Assembly (NCBI RefSeq): GCF_006345805.1
Contig: NC_042997.1
Span: forward strand, 91,822,001-91,886,000
DNA: 64,000 nt
Reading direction: 5' to 3'
Source: Octopus sinensis
Lineage: Eukaryota
Shown: positions 12,417 through 25,602 of the stretch, piece by piece
Numbering within the stretch: position 1 is the stretch's first letter
How the letters are laid out: every line of letters starts with the position of its first letter
Made by a program: the position numbers and the translations under genes
Notes under the pieces: model-generated
What the model saw: the letters and a program-made list of their open reading frames with translations, nothing else
Told to the model about the DNA's origin: nothing
Database searches by the model: none

Positions 12417-12423
12417 ATATATA
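12417..12423 (-). promoter_or_regulatory. candidate TATA box (TATATAT)
   Basis: 40-80 bp downstream of the HSE cluster on the minus strand, within a CpG-rich island. Confidence 0.35.
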
Positions 12424-12486
12424 GGCTGAAAGGCTGCTGGCTTCCTCTAGCGAACAAAACCCTTCTATAATGTTCAATTACTAAAA

Positions 12487-12506
12487 GGAACATTCTCGAA
12501 TGTTCC
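12487..12506. promoter_or_regulatory. perfect heat-shock element (4 nGAAn units)
   Basis: gGAAcaTTCtcGAAtgTTCc; an in-phase imperfect element TTCtaTAAtgTTC lies at 12463-12475. Confidence 0.75.
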
Positions 12507-12583
12507 CCAAGGGAGATCACTTGTGTTGAGTCCCTTGGCTTCCGGAGAACCGTAAATAGAACAATGACAGAATCTGTTTCAAT

Positions 12584-12591
12584 TTACGTCA
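12584..12591. promoter_or_regulatory. CRE/ATF-like site
   Basis: TTACGTCA (TGACGTAA on the minus strand), about 80 bp from the HSE. Confidence 0.35.
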
Positions 12592-12814
12592 CGCCTAGAA
12601 GTGTATTACGTTATATGAAGAAAAACGCAGTATTCGTATTTATGATCGAATTTTTGCTAAGGTAGAACAATTTAGTAGCTAAACCAAGTATTGATATTTA
12701 AATATAATTTAGCAAATATGAATTATGATTTAATTTACTCTGACTGAGTCCTACTGGTAGAAGCAGCAAGTCTTGTTTTTCTCCCAATTGACGACTTCCG
12801 TTTTGGTGTTATGA

Positions 12815-13675
12815 TCTGACACAAATAAAATAATAATTGAGCAACATAAAAAATCTTTTGTTACATTTTAATTATACATCGTAGTATGATACATAATAGG
12901 AAACTTTACCAGAATTACTTCATTCGTGACATGACCAGACACGAATAAAATAATAAATCGGTAATATAAAATAAAATTTGGAGTTACATTTTAATTAACG
13001 TGTAATATAATGTATGTCAATCACTGTTTTATACATCGTAGTATGATACATAGTAGGAAAAGTTACCAGAGCAAAAATCCTAAGTGTTGACTGTAGACAC
13101 GCTCCTTCGCAAATGATCAGCTATTGTTTTGTAAACAATGTTTCGAAACTGTTCGTGTGTTCGAAAGGGGAGATCTGACTCTTACACTCAGTGTAAGAGG
13201 CCCAGGTTGCCAAAGTTACTTCATTCGACAATATTACTCAATACAAAGAGAAGGAGTTGGATGGGATGTGGCGGGGGCAGGGGGAGGAAGAGGAGGTCGG
13301 ACTGATATCTGCGGGAGAAGGTAGGTCTCTCTATTCCTCTTACAAAACTTACTTCCGGGAACCAAATTTGCCTCAATTGATGGGAGTGTGGTGGTGGAAC
13401 AGGAACAGAGGCAGGGGCAGAAGGAGGTCAAGCATGTCCCTTTAGGAGAGTATAGGCCATCCTATTTCTGCCAAAGTTATTTCCGGGTGCCAAAGTTACC
13501 TTAATTGATGGAATGTCTCTGAAATAGGGAGTGGGGGAGGGACTAAACCTGTGTATAAACCACGCTAGAGCCCCACCCCCGAACACCCCTACAAAGTTTC
13601 ATGCCGATCGGCCCAACCGTTTGGCCGTGATGTGAGTACAGACGGACAAACGGTCATTACGCCCATTATAGTATT
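12815..13675. mobile_element. probable HINE/Helentron-like non-autonomous element with internal degenerate repeats
   Basis: Repeated CATCGTAGTATGATACAT and GCCAAAGTTA units; terminal AAGTTTCATGCCGATCGGCCCAACCG...ACAGACGGACA next to a T-run. Confidence 0.45.
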
Positions 13676-13926
13676 TTTTTTTATTTTATCTAGTTTCAGC
13701 TCACGAGCTGTGGCCATGCTGGGGCACCATTATTTTACATACATACATACTGACAGACAGACAGACAGACAGACCGACAGACAGATAAACAGGCAGACAG
13801 ACATATACGTGAGTGTGTGTGTGTAACATTTTTATTAAAACATGTATTGTTAAAACCCGACATTGTTCAAGTTTCCTTTTTGCAAGTGTTTTTTCTTTTT
13901 TTTCTTTTTTTTTTTCATTTAGAGAC

Positions 13927-14101
13927 GCAGGAGTGGCTGTGTGGTAAGTAGCTTGCTTACCAACCACATGATTCCGGGTTCAGTCCCACTACATGGCATC
14001 TTGGGCAAGCGTTTTCTACTATAGCCTCGGGTCGAATAAAGCCTTGTGAGTAGATTTGGTAGACGGAAACTGGAAGAAGTCCGTCGTATATATATACATA
14101 C

Positions 14102-14177
<76 letters not shown>

Positions 14178-14320
14178 GTGTGTTTACCGGTTCGGCAAAA
14201 GAGACCGATAGAATAAGTACTAAGTACTAAGCATAGAAAGAATAAGTCCTGGATCGATTTGCTCGAGCAAAGGCGGTGCTCCAGCATGGCCGCAGTCAAA
14301 TGACTGAAACAAGTAAAAGA
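13927..14320 (+). mobile_element. SINE family B, full length
   Basis: Same head, core and 3' end as 11208-11566; internal (TG)n expanded. Confidence 0.9.
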
Positions 14321-14745
14321 ATATGCTTTATACTTCCTTACTGCTTGTTTGGAGCATTGATTTTCCTTCGATCATCCTTTTTACAACTTGATGGTTTTAT
14401 CTTAGATGAAGTAGTTATCGTTTGTGTATGTTACCGCTGTTTTCTTGCTCGTAGAAATCTTGACCGTCATTCGCCGAAGTTTATTAATTTATTTTTTGTT
14501 GCACTGGAATGTTGACTCAAGGTTTTATTCAACAATCAGAATCTAATCATTTTGTGTGTGTGTGTGGTTATTTATTTCTAGGACAGCCGTGGGAAAATAA
14601 TGTTATGATCAAGCATATTCTAGCCGTGATCATCTAGTCTTTACAGGCATATTTTATTCCAGACAACATTCCCCAACACGATTTGTGAGGGATATAGCTG
14701 ATACTTCTAGCTGGTCGAGTTACGACGTAGATGCTCTCTCCCTGT

Positions 14746-14786
<41 letters not shown>

Positions 14787-15209
14787 TTCGTTGACTCAAT
14801 GTGATTTTTGAATCTTGTGCCTTCATGATTAGTTAGTTGTTTATAAAAAAAACACATTTTCATAATTTTAATTCTCATGTTTTCCTTACAACTCGATCCA
14901 GTTGTAAATAATTTAGAGAGTGATTTGTCTGCCAATATGATTTTCTCTTGGCAGCTGTATGAAAACAAGTTCTACAGTTGAATTCCAATAATGAATTCGG
15001 GCTATTTAGAATATAAATATGCATGCACACATTAGAGCAAATCTGTCTATGAGCTTTTCTGGTGCCTTTACGAGTGTAGATGATGTAAATGTATGTTAGA
15101 TTTTACTGGCTTATGGAATTGGTTTCAGGGTTAATGTTAATTCCGCTGTATATATGCCGCTGCACATGTATATATGTAATGCATATTCACAGGTGTTACA
15201 TTCTCTTTG

Positions 15210-15241
<32 letters not shown>

Positions 15242-17375
15242 CATGAGCATGTGTATATACTTTCAGAAAATATTCTATATTTTTTTTAAAACAAAATAAG
15301 TATGTCGATATTTTTTTCTCTTTACCAATTTTGACTTTCAATTTCATATAAGAGCGAAGAGCCAAAATAAGCACACAGTCTAGTAGACTTAAGTCTGCTG
15401 ATTGTGTATCTCCGCCTTTCTGTGTTGGTATCAAATAGCATTTTATTCTACATATTCCCGACTTTGCGTTTGCTTCTTTCGCTAGCTCTTTTCCGCTCTT
15501 TCTTCCTTTCTTTCTTTCTTTCTTTATTTATTTTCCTTATCTATCATCTTGTAACAGGAAATACAGTTTCGCTTCTTTGAACTGTACTTAATAATAACGT
15601 CGTTTAAAATATGTCATACAAACGTCATAAATAGGGTGGTTACACAAACAAATGTATGAGTATGTGTGTGTATGTGTGTGCGCGCGCGTGCAAGCGTGTG
15701 TGTATGCGTGTGTATGTGTGTGTGCGTGCGTGCAAGCGTGTGTGTATGCGTGCGTATGCGTGTGTATGTGTGTGTGCGTGCGTGCGTGCGCACACACAAG
15801 CAAGTAACTTTATTTAGAACGCCATAAACATAAGTTTCAATGACTCAGGCAACTTTTAAAAGTTTAGACAATGCCATGGAAAGAGAGATGTTATTACAGT
15901 GTTATAAGTACATTTTCTCCCCAGTTAATTATATTTCAATGTGTGCATCTCTTTCAAGTTATACCCAAAGTGAGAGCTGCTGCTTTTTAAAAGTCCTCAG
16001 TCAATGACCGGGTTTACGGTACATTTACCCCCATCTCAACCATGAGTGCACAGCAAGTTAATACTGTTGACATTACATAGCAGTGCCAAACAAAGTTCAA
16101 TTAGAAATTTCATGAAATCGTATGTGGGCCATTAAGGTCTGCTTCCATCAAGAAGGATCGAATTTTCTACTCGAAAGCACAATGATGAGACACGTGTAGA
16201 CACCAGAATTATGTAAAAGTGCATCTCAACTAATAAACGGCTATAGATGAAACTGTCCTGAGTACAGTGAATGAAATGTAGCATAACCTGAATTAGTTAA
16301 AAGTTTATTTCAAAGTAGAATCGAATAATGTTATCTACTTCTACAAGCGTTATCTACTCCTTTCTGTCTTTATTGCTTTAGAAATATTTCTTTGGTAATT
16401 TTTCTTGTTTTGCAGACAACTTCAATTATATCAAGTTTTACTCTGACTCATTCTCTCTCTTCACTTAGCCACTCCCCGTTATCCTGTCCAATCGTGTTCT
16501 CAATGATACAATTGCAACCGGAATGATTCGTCACTATATAGAGATCAACTTCCGTATAGTTCGTCTCATCCCTTCAACCAACAACCTTCAATGGAACTTG
16601 ATCGAATATTTGCCAGAAAGTATTCACAGTACCATTTACTATTTTTAGGATCTTTTCAGTTGGTGTCACAGACTTCGTATTTTTTTTTTCAATTTTATTC
16701 CAATTGCCTTTAAGTTTAGTTATGCCAATTTAGTTTTGTATACTAATTATGAAAATGAAACACATTTTTGCAATAAATAAAAAGTTAATAACTTTTAAAG
16801 TTTTCAAATTCTGGGTAATTTCAGCCAATCGAAAGTCACCATTATACACATGCCCGTTAATGTCAAATTAGTATCTACACTGAATCGCAAAAGAAACGCG
16901 ATTTTATCAAATGTCATTTTTATATGGTAAATTCTGAAAATTTATTTCGGGGATGTAAGTGTAAATATTCCAAGACATGCTGGTTTATGGCTGAGACCCA
17001 AACTAAAGGTAACCTTTCAACTTTCCCTGAAACGAGACGCCAAAATGCAGCTGCGTTGAATGCCGTGGGTAGCAGTCGCAAACAATTGTCATGAAAACCG
17101 AAATGCATGTACATCTCGTGGAGGTTATGAATATAAAAATCAGCTTACACCGCGATCCTGGAATTCGTAATTTCTCCGCTGTGTTGGGCGTTTTATATTG
17201 TAAGTTACTGGTTATTGTTAATTTGATTGTTGCTGTTATTCCATTTGTTGTGTATTTTTAAAATACCGTGTTTTATTGCGTTTGGCAGAATTTTGAACTT
17301 TTTCCCCCCTTATGTGAAGGAGGAAATTATCATTGTTTTTGTTGGGTGTTCGCACCCAATATCATCATTTGAAAA

Positions 17376-18377
17376 ATGAGTAGTTCCTCTGGCGAGGCGA
17401 CTACGACGGAACCAATATTGAACATGCCTACCGAAGAAGAAATGCTAAAGGAACAAGAAGTCGAATCAAGAAATAACAAAGTGACAAATTTTGCTGGCGT
17501 GAATATGAAAGACCTGAATATTGATCAAAAAGAACTAGTTAAATATAAAGGGCTGATTCAAAGGGAGGGGCTCGAGGTGAAAGTGGCCATTCCCAGTGAA
17601 GTGACGCACAACGCGTCCCGTTGTACTATAGTTTACAAACCACTTATTATAAAGAGCAAGAAATTGGATATAGCTTCGAAAGAAGTCGTGGAGATATGCC
17701 TCAGGCCGGTATGTCAAGATGTCACCTACTTGGCCAGGGGCAAGAGATATGCAACAATCGAAGTGAGGTTCAAAAACCGAGGAAAAGGCCAGGCAATATT
17801 CCACGGCCTCCCTGAAATCTGCAGAGGTAGTCCTCCTACCCACATATCTTGGAAGACGCACTTCCAGGATAAAAATGGGAGCAATCCCTCCAAAGGTGGA
17901 CTTTGCCTGGTTGGTGCCAGCACTTGTGATGGGCCTGGGGGATATAATTTCCATCCTCCAGGCAACCAAAATAGAGCAGCAAAACTGGCTAGGACAATGG
18001 CTTGAGATGTTGATACAAGCGGCCCCTGCTGACTTAGAGCAAATTGTGGAGACTATACAGGTGGGGGAGGAAACCAAGCTACGAGTGATGGTCGAAGGGA
18101 GGAAGCCCACATGCTACAAATGTGGTCAAAAGAGTCACATAAGATCAGATGGCAAGCCTCCCACCGTGAAAGATTCGGCTCCCCACCTCGTGGAAAAGAT
18201 ACTGCACCCTCAACAACAGCCGAGGCAGCCCCTACAGAGACACCAGAAGTGGAAGTCAAGAGGGAAGATACTGCAGAGTACATGGAATGGACTACCCCGC
18301 AAAATGAAAGGAAAAATTTCCAACCCATCCGCACCAGCCCCAGCACATGTAAAAAAAGCCTCTTGACTTGCACACAA

Positions 18378-18414
<37 letters not shown>

Positions 18415-18720
18415 CCTTCCCCTTCCCCACCAAATCAGACAACAATATTATGGCTGTGAATGCCGACAATAATAAACTTATGCACAAACTACAGAAAATT
18501 CCCACGGCGGAATCATACAAAAATATTAACAAAAACCTAGAAAATGTGAAAATATTCCATATAGACAGTTTAAATTACAGAATTCTTAAAAGTGAATTCC
18601 CCAAAGACATAAGCCCACTGAGGAAAGATTTTTCTCCTCAAAGTTTTTCAACCACAAGCCCCGAAATGAAGGATAAGATGGGATTACTGTTCCATCTAAA
18701 CAAAAGGTAAGTTTCTTTTA
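17376..18720 (+). pseudogene. L1/Tx1-like LINE ORF1 (RRM-like region plus zinc knuckle), frameshifted
   Basis: YATIEVRFKN, a frameshift near 17772 into MGAIPPKVDFAWLV, GRKPTCYKCGQKSHIRSD; a (CA)n tract lies in the linker. Confidence 0.8.
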
Positions 18721-18724
18721 CGTC

Positions 18725-19340
18725 TGCACCCCACGTAGGTTGTATAAATGTACGCAGCCTAGGGGAAGATTGGAAGCAAGGAGGCCTCCTTAATGACCTC
18801 AGGTCGCTTAGATTGGATGTGATAGTTACCACAGAAATCAGACTGAGTGGACTGCGAGGTTTCCCCCACCCCTAAACTTCTTTATTTCTAAATGCCAGCC
18901 TGGAGGTGGGGGAGGTGTCGCTGTTCTACTCAGGAAGGATTTGAAACTACAGTTAAGAACAATCCTTGTCGACCCGGAGGGTAGGCTGGTCGTCATTGAT
19001 GTGACACACGGCAGTGGTAAAACCTTCAGGCTGGTACCTGTCTATGCTCCTTGTAGAACTGGACAGTCAAACGTTTTTAGAAGCCAAGAGAATTTTCTAG
19101 GAACGTGTTGTTAGGAGACTTAACACAATTTGTGATGCACGCATAGATTGTGTTGGCTCGAATCCAGATTGGAGGGGTAACTCATGCCTCATCGATCTGC
19201 TCGGTCGTTTTCAGCTGGGAGATCGATATTGACTAGAATTCCCAAACCCGCCATTGTGGACATGGTCTAATAGCAATGGGTCTTTGCGGTCTTGCTAAGA
19301 TAGGATTATTGTTAGGCGCAAAGATAAAGACTTAGCTAGG
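18725..19340 (+). pseudogene. Tx1-like ORF2 APE endonuclease fragment, 3'-truncated
   Basis: VGCINVRSLG...LRLDVIVTTEIRL, a GD-N motif near 19115 and DRIIV near 19300, with stops and frameshifts. Confidence 0.8.
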
Positions 19341-20093
19341 TGTAACATTTTTCTAAATTTTTTTCTGGAATAAATGAATCCCAAACTCAGATTTAGCATC
19401 AAGATTTACATCAGTATACGAAATTTGAAATTTTTCACTCACTTTTAAAATTTCCAAATATTTGATAGTAACTGAAAAGATCCACATTTTATTTATAATA
19501 ATTTGGTCGATTTAGCATAAGCGCTACAACTGTTACTTTCATTTTTCGTAATTGAGTACTGTGTACGATCTAATCAGTTATACTCAGTTTCCAAATTTTA
19601 AACCTTGTCCATCTAAAATCAACATTTCTGATATTCTAAAGTAGTTCGTTTTCTTCATCACTTCATATCTCTCACATTCATACCCACGGTGAGAACAAAT
19701 ATATAAAACCTTAGCAAACTTGTTATCACTAGTGTTTACCACGGTGTAGTTGGACAGTTCGATCAGGTTTCTGGCAAAAAGAATTCTCAGGAAAATGCTC
19801 CCGTGCTATACAAATGATGCTGTTTCTTTCACATACAATTTATTTAAGCTTAGGAAATTAACTGATATCACAATCATTATATCGAAGCCTATTACTAAGT
19901 CTCAAAATTTTAACATGACACATGACATTCCAATTTCGACTTCTGTAGCAACTCCATATGACAGACCATGAATAATGGAAAGAAACATCATCTTTCCAAC
20001 TGTCTAAAGGGTGATGAACCACCTATTGATCCCCTCCATTTTCTTATTGCTCTCTTTCTACACACACACACACATACACACACACACACACAA

Positions 20094-20186
20094 TAGCCTC
20101 GGCCGACCAATCCTTTGTGAGTGGATTTGGTAGACGGAAACTGAAAGAAGCCCGTCGTATATAGGTGTATATTTGTGTGTGTGGTG

Positions 20187-20246
<60 letters not shown>

Positions 20247-20445
20247 GCGTGTGTGTTTATACCCCCACTATTGCCTGACAACCGATGCCGGTGTGTTTAT
20301 GTCCCTGTAATTTAGTAGTTCGGCAAAAGATACCGATCGAATAAGTACTTGGCTTACAAACAATAAGACCTGGGGCTGGTTTGTTCGACTAAAGGCGGTG
20401 TTCTAGCATAGCCGCAGTTAAATGACTGAAAGAAGTAAAAGAATA
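20094..20445 (+). mobile_element. SINE family B, 5'-truncated
   Basis: Core ATAGCCTCGGCCGACC through the 3' end. Confidence 0.85.
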
Positions 20446-20468
20446 AAAAAGACTATGCCATTTTAATT

Positions 20469-20495
20469 CCGAGCAACGCCGGGTATTTCTGATAG
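20469..20495 (+). mobile_element. Helitron 3' terminus remnant
   Basis: CCGAGCAACGCCGGGTATTTCTGATAG|T, matching the 3' end of 10245-10544; a similar end lies at about 55484. Confidence 0.65.
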
Positions 20496-20741
20496 TCTTA
20501 AAATAAAAGGAGTACGAGTAATAATAACATAATATTGTTTATTTTGTGTTTAGACAATAGAATAAGCGTACATAAGAATATTGGAGAGAAAAGGAAGGCA
20601 CCGATGTTAGTGAAAAGACGTTCGTAAACAGGAAAAGTATGTGGGAGGGTAGAGGGTGTATGTATGCATGTTTGTATATGTGTATGCCTGTATACTCGTG
20701 TGTGTATGCGTATATTTGTGTTTTGTGCGTGTGTGTGTGTA

Positions 20742-20777
<36 letters not shown>

Positions 20778-20814
20778 TGTATGTATGTATGTATGTATGC
20801 ATGCATGTATATAT

Positions 20815-20845
<31 letters not shown>

Positions 20846-20846
<1 letters not shown>

Positions 20847-21170
20847 GTGAAAGCACGTGGCTTAGTGGTTAGGGCATTCGGCTCACGATCGTAAGGTGGT
20901 GAGTTCAATTCCCTACGACGCGTTGTGTCCTTGAGCAAAACACTTTATTTCACATTGCTTCAGTTCACTCAGCTGACAAAAATGAGTAGTAACTGTATTT
21001 CAAAGGGCCAGCCTTGTCACGTTCTGTGTTACGCTGAATTTCCCTGAGAACTACATTAAGGGTACACACGTCTGTGGAATGCTCAGCCAGTTGCACGTTA
21101 ATTTCACGAACAAGCTGTTCCGTTGATCGTATCAGCTGGGACCCTCGTCGTCGTAACCGACGGAGTGGTC
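20846..21170 (+). mobile_element. SINE family C
   Basis: Same family as 6635-6955, opposite orientation. Confidence 0.9.
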
Positions 21171-21282
21171 CTTTTATATATATATATATATATATAATAT
21201 ATATATTTATACATACATATATACATATATACACACACACACACACACAACACACACACACACCACACACACACACACACAC

Positions 21283-21320
<38 letters not shown>

Positions 21321-21362
21321 TATATATATATATATAATATATATAATTTATACATACATATA

Positions 21363-21450
<88 letters not shown>

Positions 21451-21511
21451 GATATATATATATTATATATATATATATAATTTATACGTACATATATACA
21501 TACACACACAC

Positions 21512-21543
<32 letters not shown>

Positions 21544-21832
21544 ATATATATATATATATAATATATATATATATATATAAACGGAGCACGAGAGAGAGAG
21601 AGAGAGAGAGAGAGAAGTGAAGAGAAAATTATTTGTTTATTCTATATATATATATATTCTGTACATATGAAGAGGAGAAATAATGCACAAGCAAAAGTAG
21701 AAAAGACGTGCTGTATAAATACTTGCGAAATGGCGGAAAGGGTAGAAAGAGAAAAATAAAGGAGAATGAATGAAGAGGAGGTTGAAAAGATATGAACGGT
21801 GGGAAGTTAAAAAATGACAACAGCTTTATTTT

Positions 21833-21887
<55 letters not shown>

Positions 21888-23294
21888 CTACTGATACTGT
21901 TGTTGTTGTCGTTGTTGTTGTCGTTGTCGTTGTTGTTGTTGTTGTTACTGCTGTTGTTGCAAGGGAGTCGTCACATTCTTGGGAAATGATACAAGTAAGT
22001 GGAACAATTTAGAGTAGTTGTTGGTTGTTTAAGAGTTTTGAAATCTGTGTTGTTTGTGCATGACAGTGAAGATCCATGATGTGTGTAGAAACTATGTTTG
22101 GTGTAGTAGAAATGAACCGGTTATTACGACTTAAGTTAGATGGAGGTTTGGGAGTCTGTTCATCAAATCATTAGAAGATCGTTTGAGAATAAAGAGAATA
22201 ATGCCTGTGTGTGGAAGATTAAGAATGAATAATGGTATCAATAAATGAATAATAGTATCATCTACGTAGAAGAATGTCTAGCTAGAAGAATGTCTAGCTA
22301 GAAGCAACAGAGGAAAATCATTAATGTGCAGAAAAGGGAATGCTGGAAGGCTGAACACCGATGTACATCACAGTAGATAGAATATGGGAGAAAGCTCTGT
22401 CAACACCGGCTGCGATGAAGCGGTCTGATCCAAGAGAGGAGAGAGACAGACATTGCTGTGTAGAACTAAATTAACCCTGAATGAGCAGACTTTTTATCAA
22501 AAGCATTCAAGTCATGACCATCCTGTCTATTTTCTGTATACAGTGAGCCCAGAACAATATTATCTAAGTCGATGGAGTCTGTTTCGAAAGAGAGATTTAG
22601 CTACTATTGTTTCAACCAGGTTGAGCGACGTAGAGGCTCTTTCGTTGACTTGATGAGATACGAACGGAACCAATAACCGGGAAGTTTTATCAATGATTCA
22701 TGAGTCACCAGTGCTTCTTAAGGCAGGGTTATACTGCGAAGTTATGCATATTGTGATTTGTGGTAAATAAATAAATGTAGGGACCCCAGTACATTGATTT
22801 TCCCGGGTCCTATAATACTGATAAGACAGGCCTGCGTGGTACGAGCGCCTACAAGTGGTTGGCATAAAAAATCAGAACAAGTTTTATGAAAACAAGGTTC
22901 ATCGTCACTGGTCAGGGAAAATGCAATTCAAAGTGTTTATAACTGCTCCATCATTTTTGTGTATTGTTATTATTTTCGTTAAACCCCACGTCAACCATGA
23001 TGCCTGAGTTATATCGTAGAGATAACGCTGGGTGGCAAAAACATGCGCCTTTTTAACCATCTTAACTGAAAATCTATTGATTATCTGGACGAATCTGTGC
23101 GTTGTCCAGTATAAGCAGTTCCTTTAATTTATCAACAGAAAGTTTGAGGGTACCTTCCTTGTATTTAAACACTACTGAAATGAAATGTAAAACAAAAAGC
23201 ATCCATTATTAAATGAATTAATGAATTAATGAATAAATAAATAAATAAATAAATAAATAAGAAAAGATTATTAAAAATGTGTACTTAGAATGGT

Positions 23295-23515
23295 AATAAT
23301 GGTTATAAATTTTGGCACAAGGCTAGCAAGTGCAAGAAGTGGGGTAAGTCATTTTATATCGACCCCAATGCTCAACCGGTACTTATTTTATCGACCCCAA
23401 AAGGATGAAAGGCAAAGTCGACATTGGTGGAATTTGGACTCAGAACATAAAGACGGACGAAATACCGCTAAGCATTTTGCCCGGCGTGCGAACAATTCTG
23501 AAAACTCGCCGCCTT
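23295..23515 (-). mobile_element. SINE family A
   Basis: Reverse complement of tail, core and head. Confidence 0.9.
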
Positions 23516-23639
23516 CATTTAGAATGGTAATAACGAACAGTTAGATAGGTATTACATTATGTCTTTAAAACCTCGCCGACGTGCTAATTCTCCACCATTA
23601 CTATTAACTCTAAAAAGTGCGTTGTGTCTACATTCGCGC

Positions 23640-24100
23640 ACCAAAATGCCGAGAAACGATTCTTACTTAAATTACATCAAGATTAGTGATCGCCAATACA
23701 ACCCAGTTTCATCCCCATTACACACTGGGAAAATTTCGAGCCCTTCATTCATAATTACTCATTCAATCTCTTCTTGATTGGTTTGAGATCCTTGGGTAGA
23801 ACTCAACCTGTTTCATCATAAATAATATTATTACCCATCCATCGCAACTTCTAATTTGCCAGAACCAGCCGTCACTAGCTTTGAAATTACGGATGTCCAT
23901 ATGCCTAGCTAGTGTGACAACAGTTTCCCCACAACAGGCATTATTATTACAGGATCGTTGATGAATAGACCACTTTGTCAGTCTTCTGAAAATCTATAGC
24001 TTTTGCAGCGCGCATACCCTTCTTTGCAGCAACAGATGGATTTTCATCAACATTATATTTAAAAAAAACTCTTGCATCCCAAGTACAAGCCTCTTTCCAA
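23640..24100 (-). pseudogene. pogo/Tigger-family transposase fragment
   Basis: Minus-strand FKASDGW and NGDETGLYWRSL motifs with many stops. Confidence 0.75.
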
Positions 24101-25317
24101 TAAGTTCCAGTTTCTGGTTCGCAGATAGGGTCATATACTAGTTCTTTAGATTATTACTCTCCATTGAAACCATGATGTAAAATGCAGGTCTAAAAGATAC
24201 CTAATCGTTGAAATATCAACGAAGATTGTTTTGCTTGTGGCAGTTGTTGAGCCTTGCGCTTCCTTGGTAGACTGCTATAGGTATTACACGAAAATAAACA
24301 TAAAAACTTTAGACTATTTCGGGTGAAACAGCAGCCAAATTTCCCTCCAACACTCTACTATCTTGAATAAAGAAAGGACTCATCGGGTTACGTAGTCGTA
24401 TACAAATCCTTAAAAAGAAGTGATGGTCATGACTGAAACGCCTTTGGCCACACGTATGCTCAATCATAGTTGGCCGTAGGTTAATTAATAACAACAGTAA
24501 CTCATAAAAACACTGTCAAATTCCAAGAATCTGTAAGCTGAGCAAAATGGTAAAACCTACAAACCATCCTATATACTCTCACATTCTTAGAAAGATTCAT
24601 TGTTAACATTATTAATCCACATATTCCTTTCACCAAATCACGACAGTCAAATCATTACATGGAATAATGTAATCATAAACATACATTCTGGAATAAAGAC
24701 GAGATAGTCAAGACTGGAGTGTCTTTGATCACAATTACTGCTTGATCACGTCTGACTTGAAGCTAAACAGCAATAACTAAACAGTGGCACTAACAACCAC
24801 ATCATTTTAAACCGATTCTACATCTTAGGTTTGAAAACGTTATTATTATGGTACTAGGTTCTCACTAATAATTAAAAAGATATTACTTCAGTAAAAAATA
24901 AAATTATCTCATTTTTTGTCCTTTTTCGCGAGAAATAAAAGAATTTACGTTAGAAGTTTTACCATCTGCATTCTGTAGACATTGGGAAAATTCTTACGAT
25001 TATTTCGTGTAAGCTTAGTTAAAGTTCATCTTGTGATGTTTTTATGTGACAAAATGCTGACAATACAAGTTTAGCGACGACATCAATTTCATTGTTTTTT
25101 AAACATTTTTTAAAGTGTAACAACAAAAGCATTTCTTTTTTTTTTCTTTTTTCTTTCTGGTAGAAAGCAATTCCAAGTTTTTCTACTTGACCAAAAATAG
25201 TTAATATTGTTCCTCACACTAACACGTGCGTATGTGTGCGTGTTTGTGTGGACACATATATGCACACACACACATACAAATATATACATATATATATGCA
25301 TGTATGTATCTATATCG

Positions 25318-25570
25318 AGGCAAAGTCGACCTCGGCGGAATTTGAACTTAGAACGTAGCGGCAGACGAAATACCGCTAAGCATTTCGGCCGGCGTGCTAA
25401 CCTTTCTGCCAGCTCACCGCGCTCCCCCAGATACATATATTAAATAGGCACAATAGCGTTACCAGTCTGGCCAACATGACACGTGCGCAAACTGACAGAA
25501 CTGTTCTAAACGCACTCGGTCATTAACCGAGCCCTACTGATATATATATATATATATGAACTTTTTCAGG

Positions 25571-25602
<32 letters not shown>

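Noticed and set aside
12350-12425. Two CArG-like boxes (CCATAAAAAGG, CCATATATAGG)
   Set aside because: Both have seven A/T bases rather than the six required.
16182-16261. C/D-box snoRNA-like spacing (ATGATGA...CTGA, 80 nt)
   Set aside because: Weak terminal stem, no clear C'/D' boxes and no rRNA complement I can recognise.
21961-22680. Plus-strand exon-like pieces (GVVTFLGNDT; EPRTILSKSMESV...; also 28610-28680)
   Set aside because: No recognisable protein and no consistent phase chain; cannot be separated from chance.
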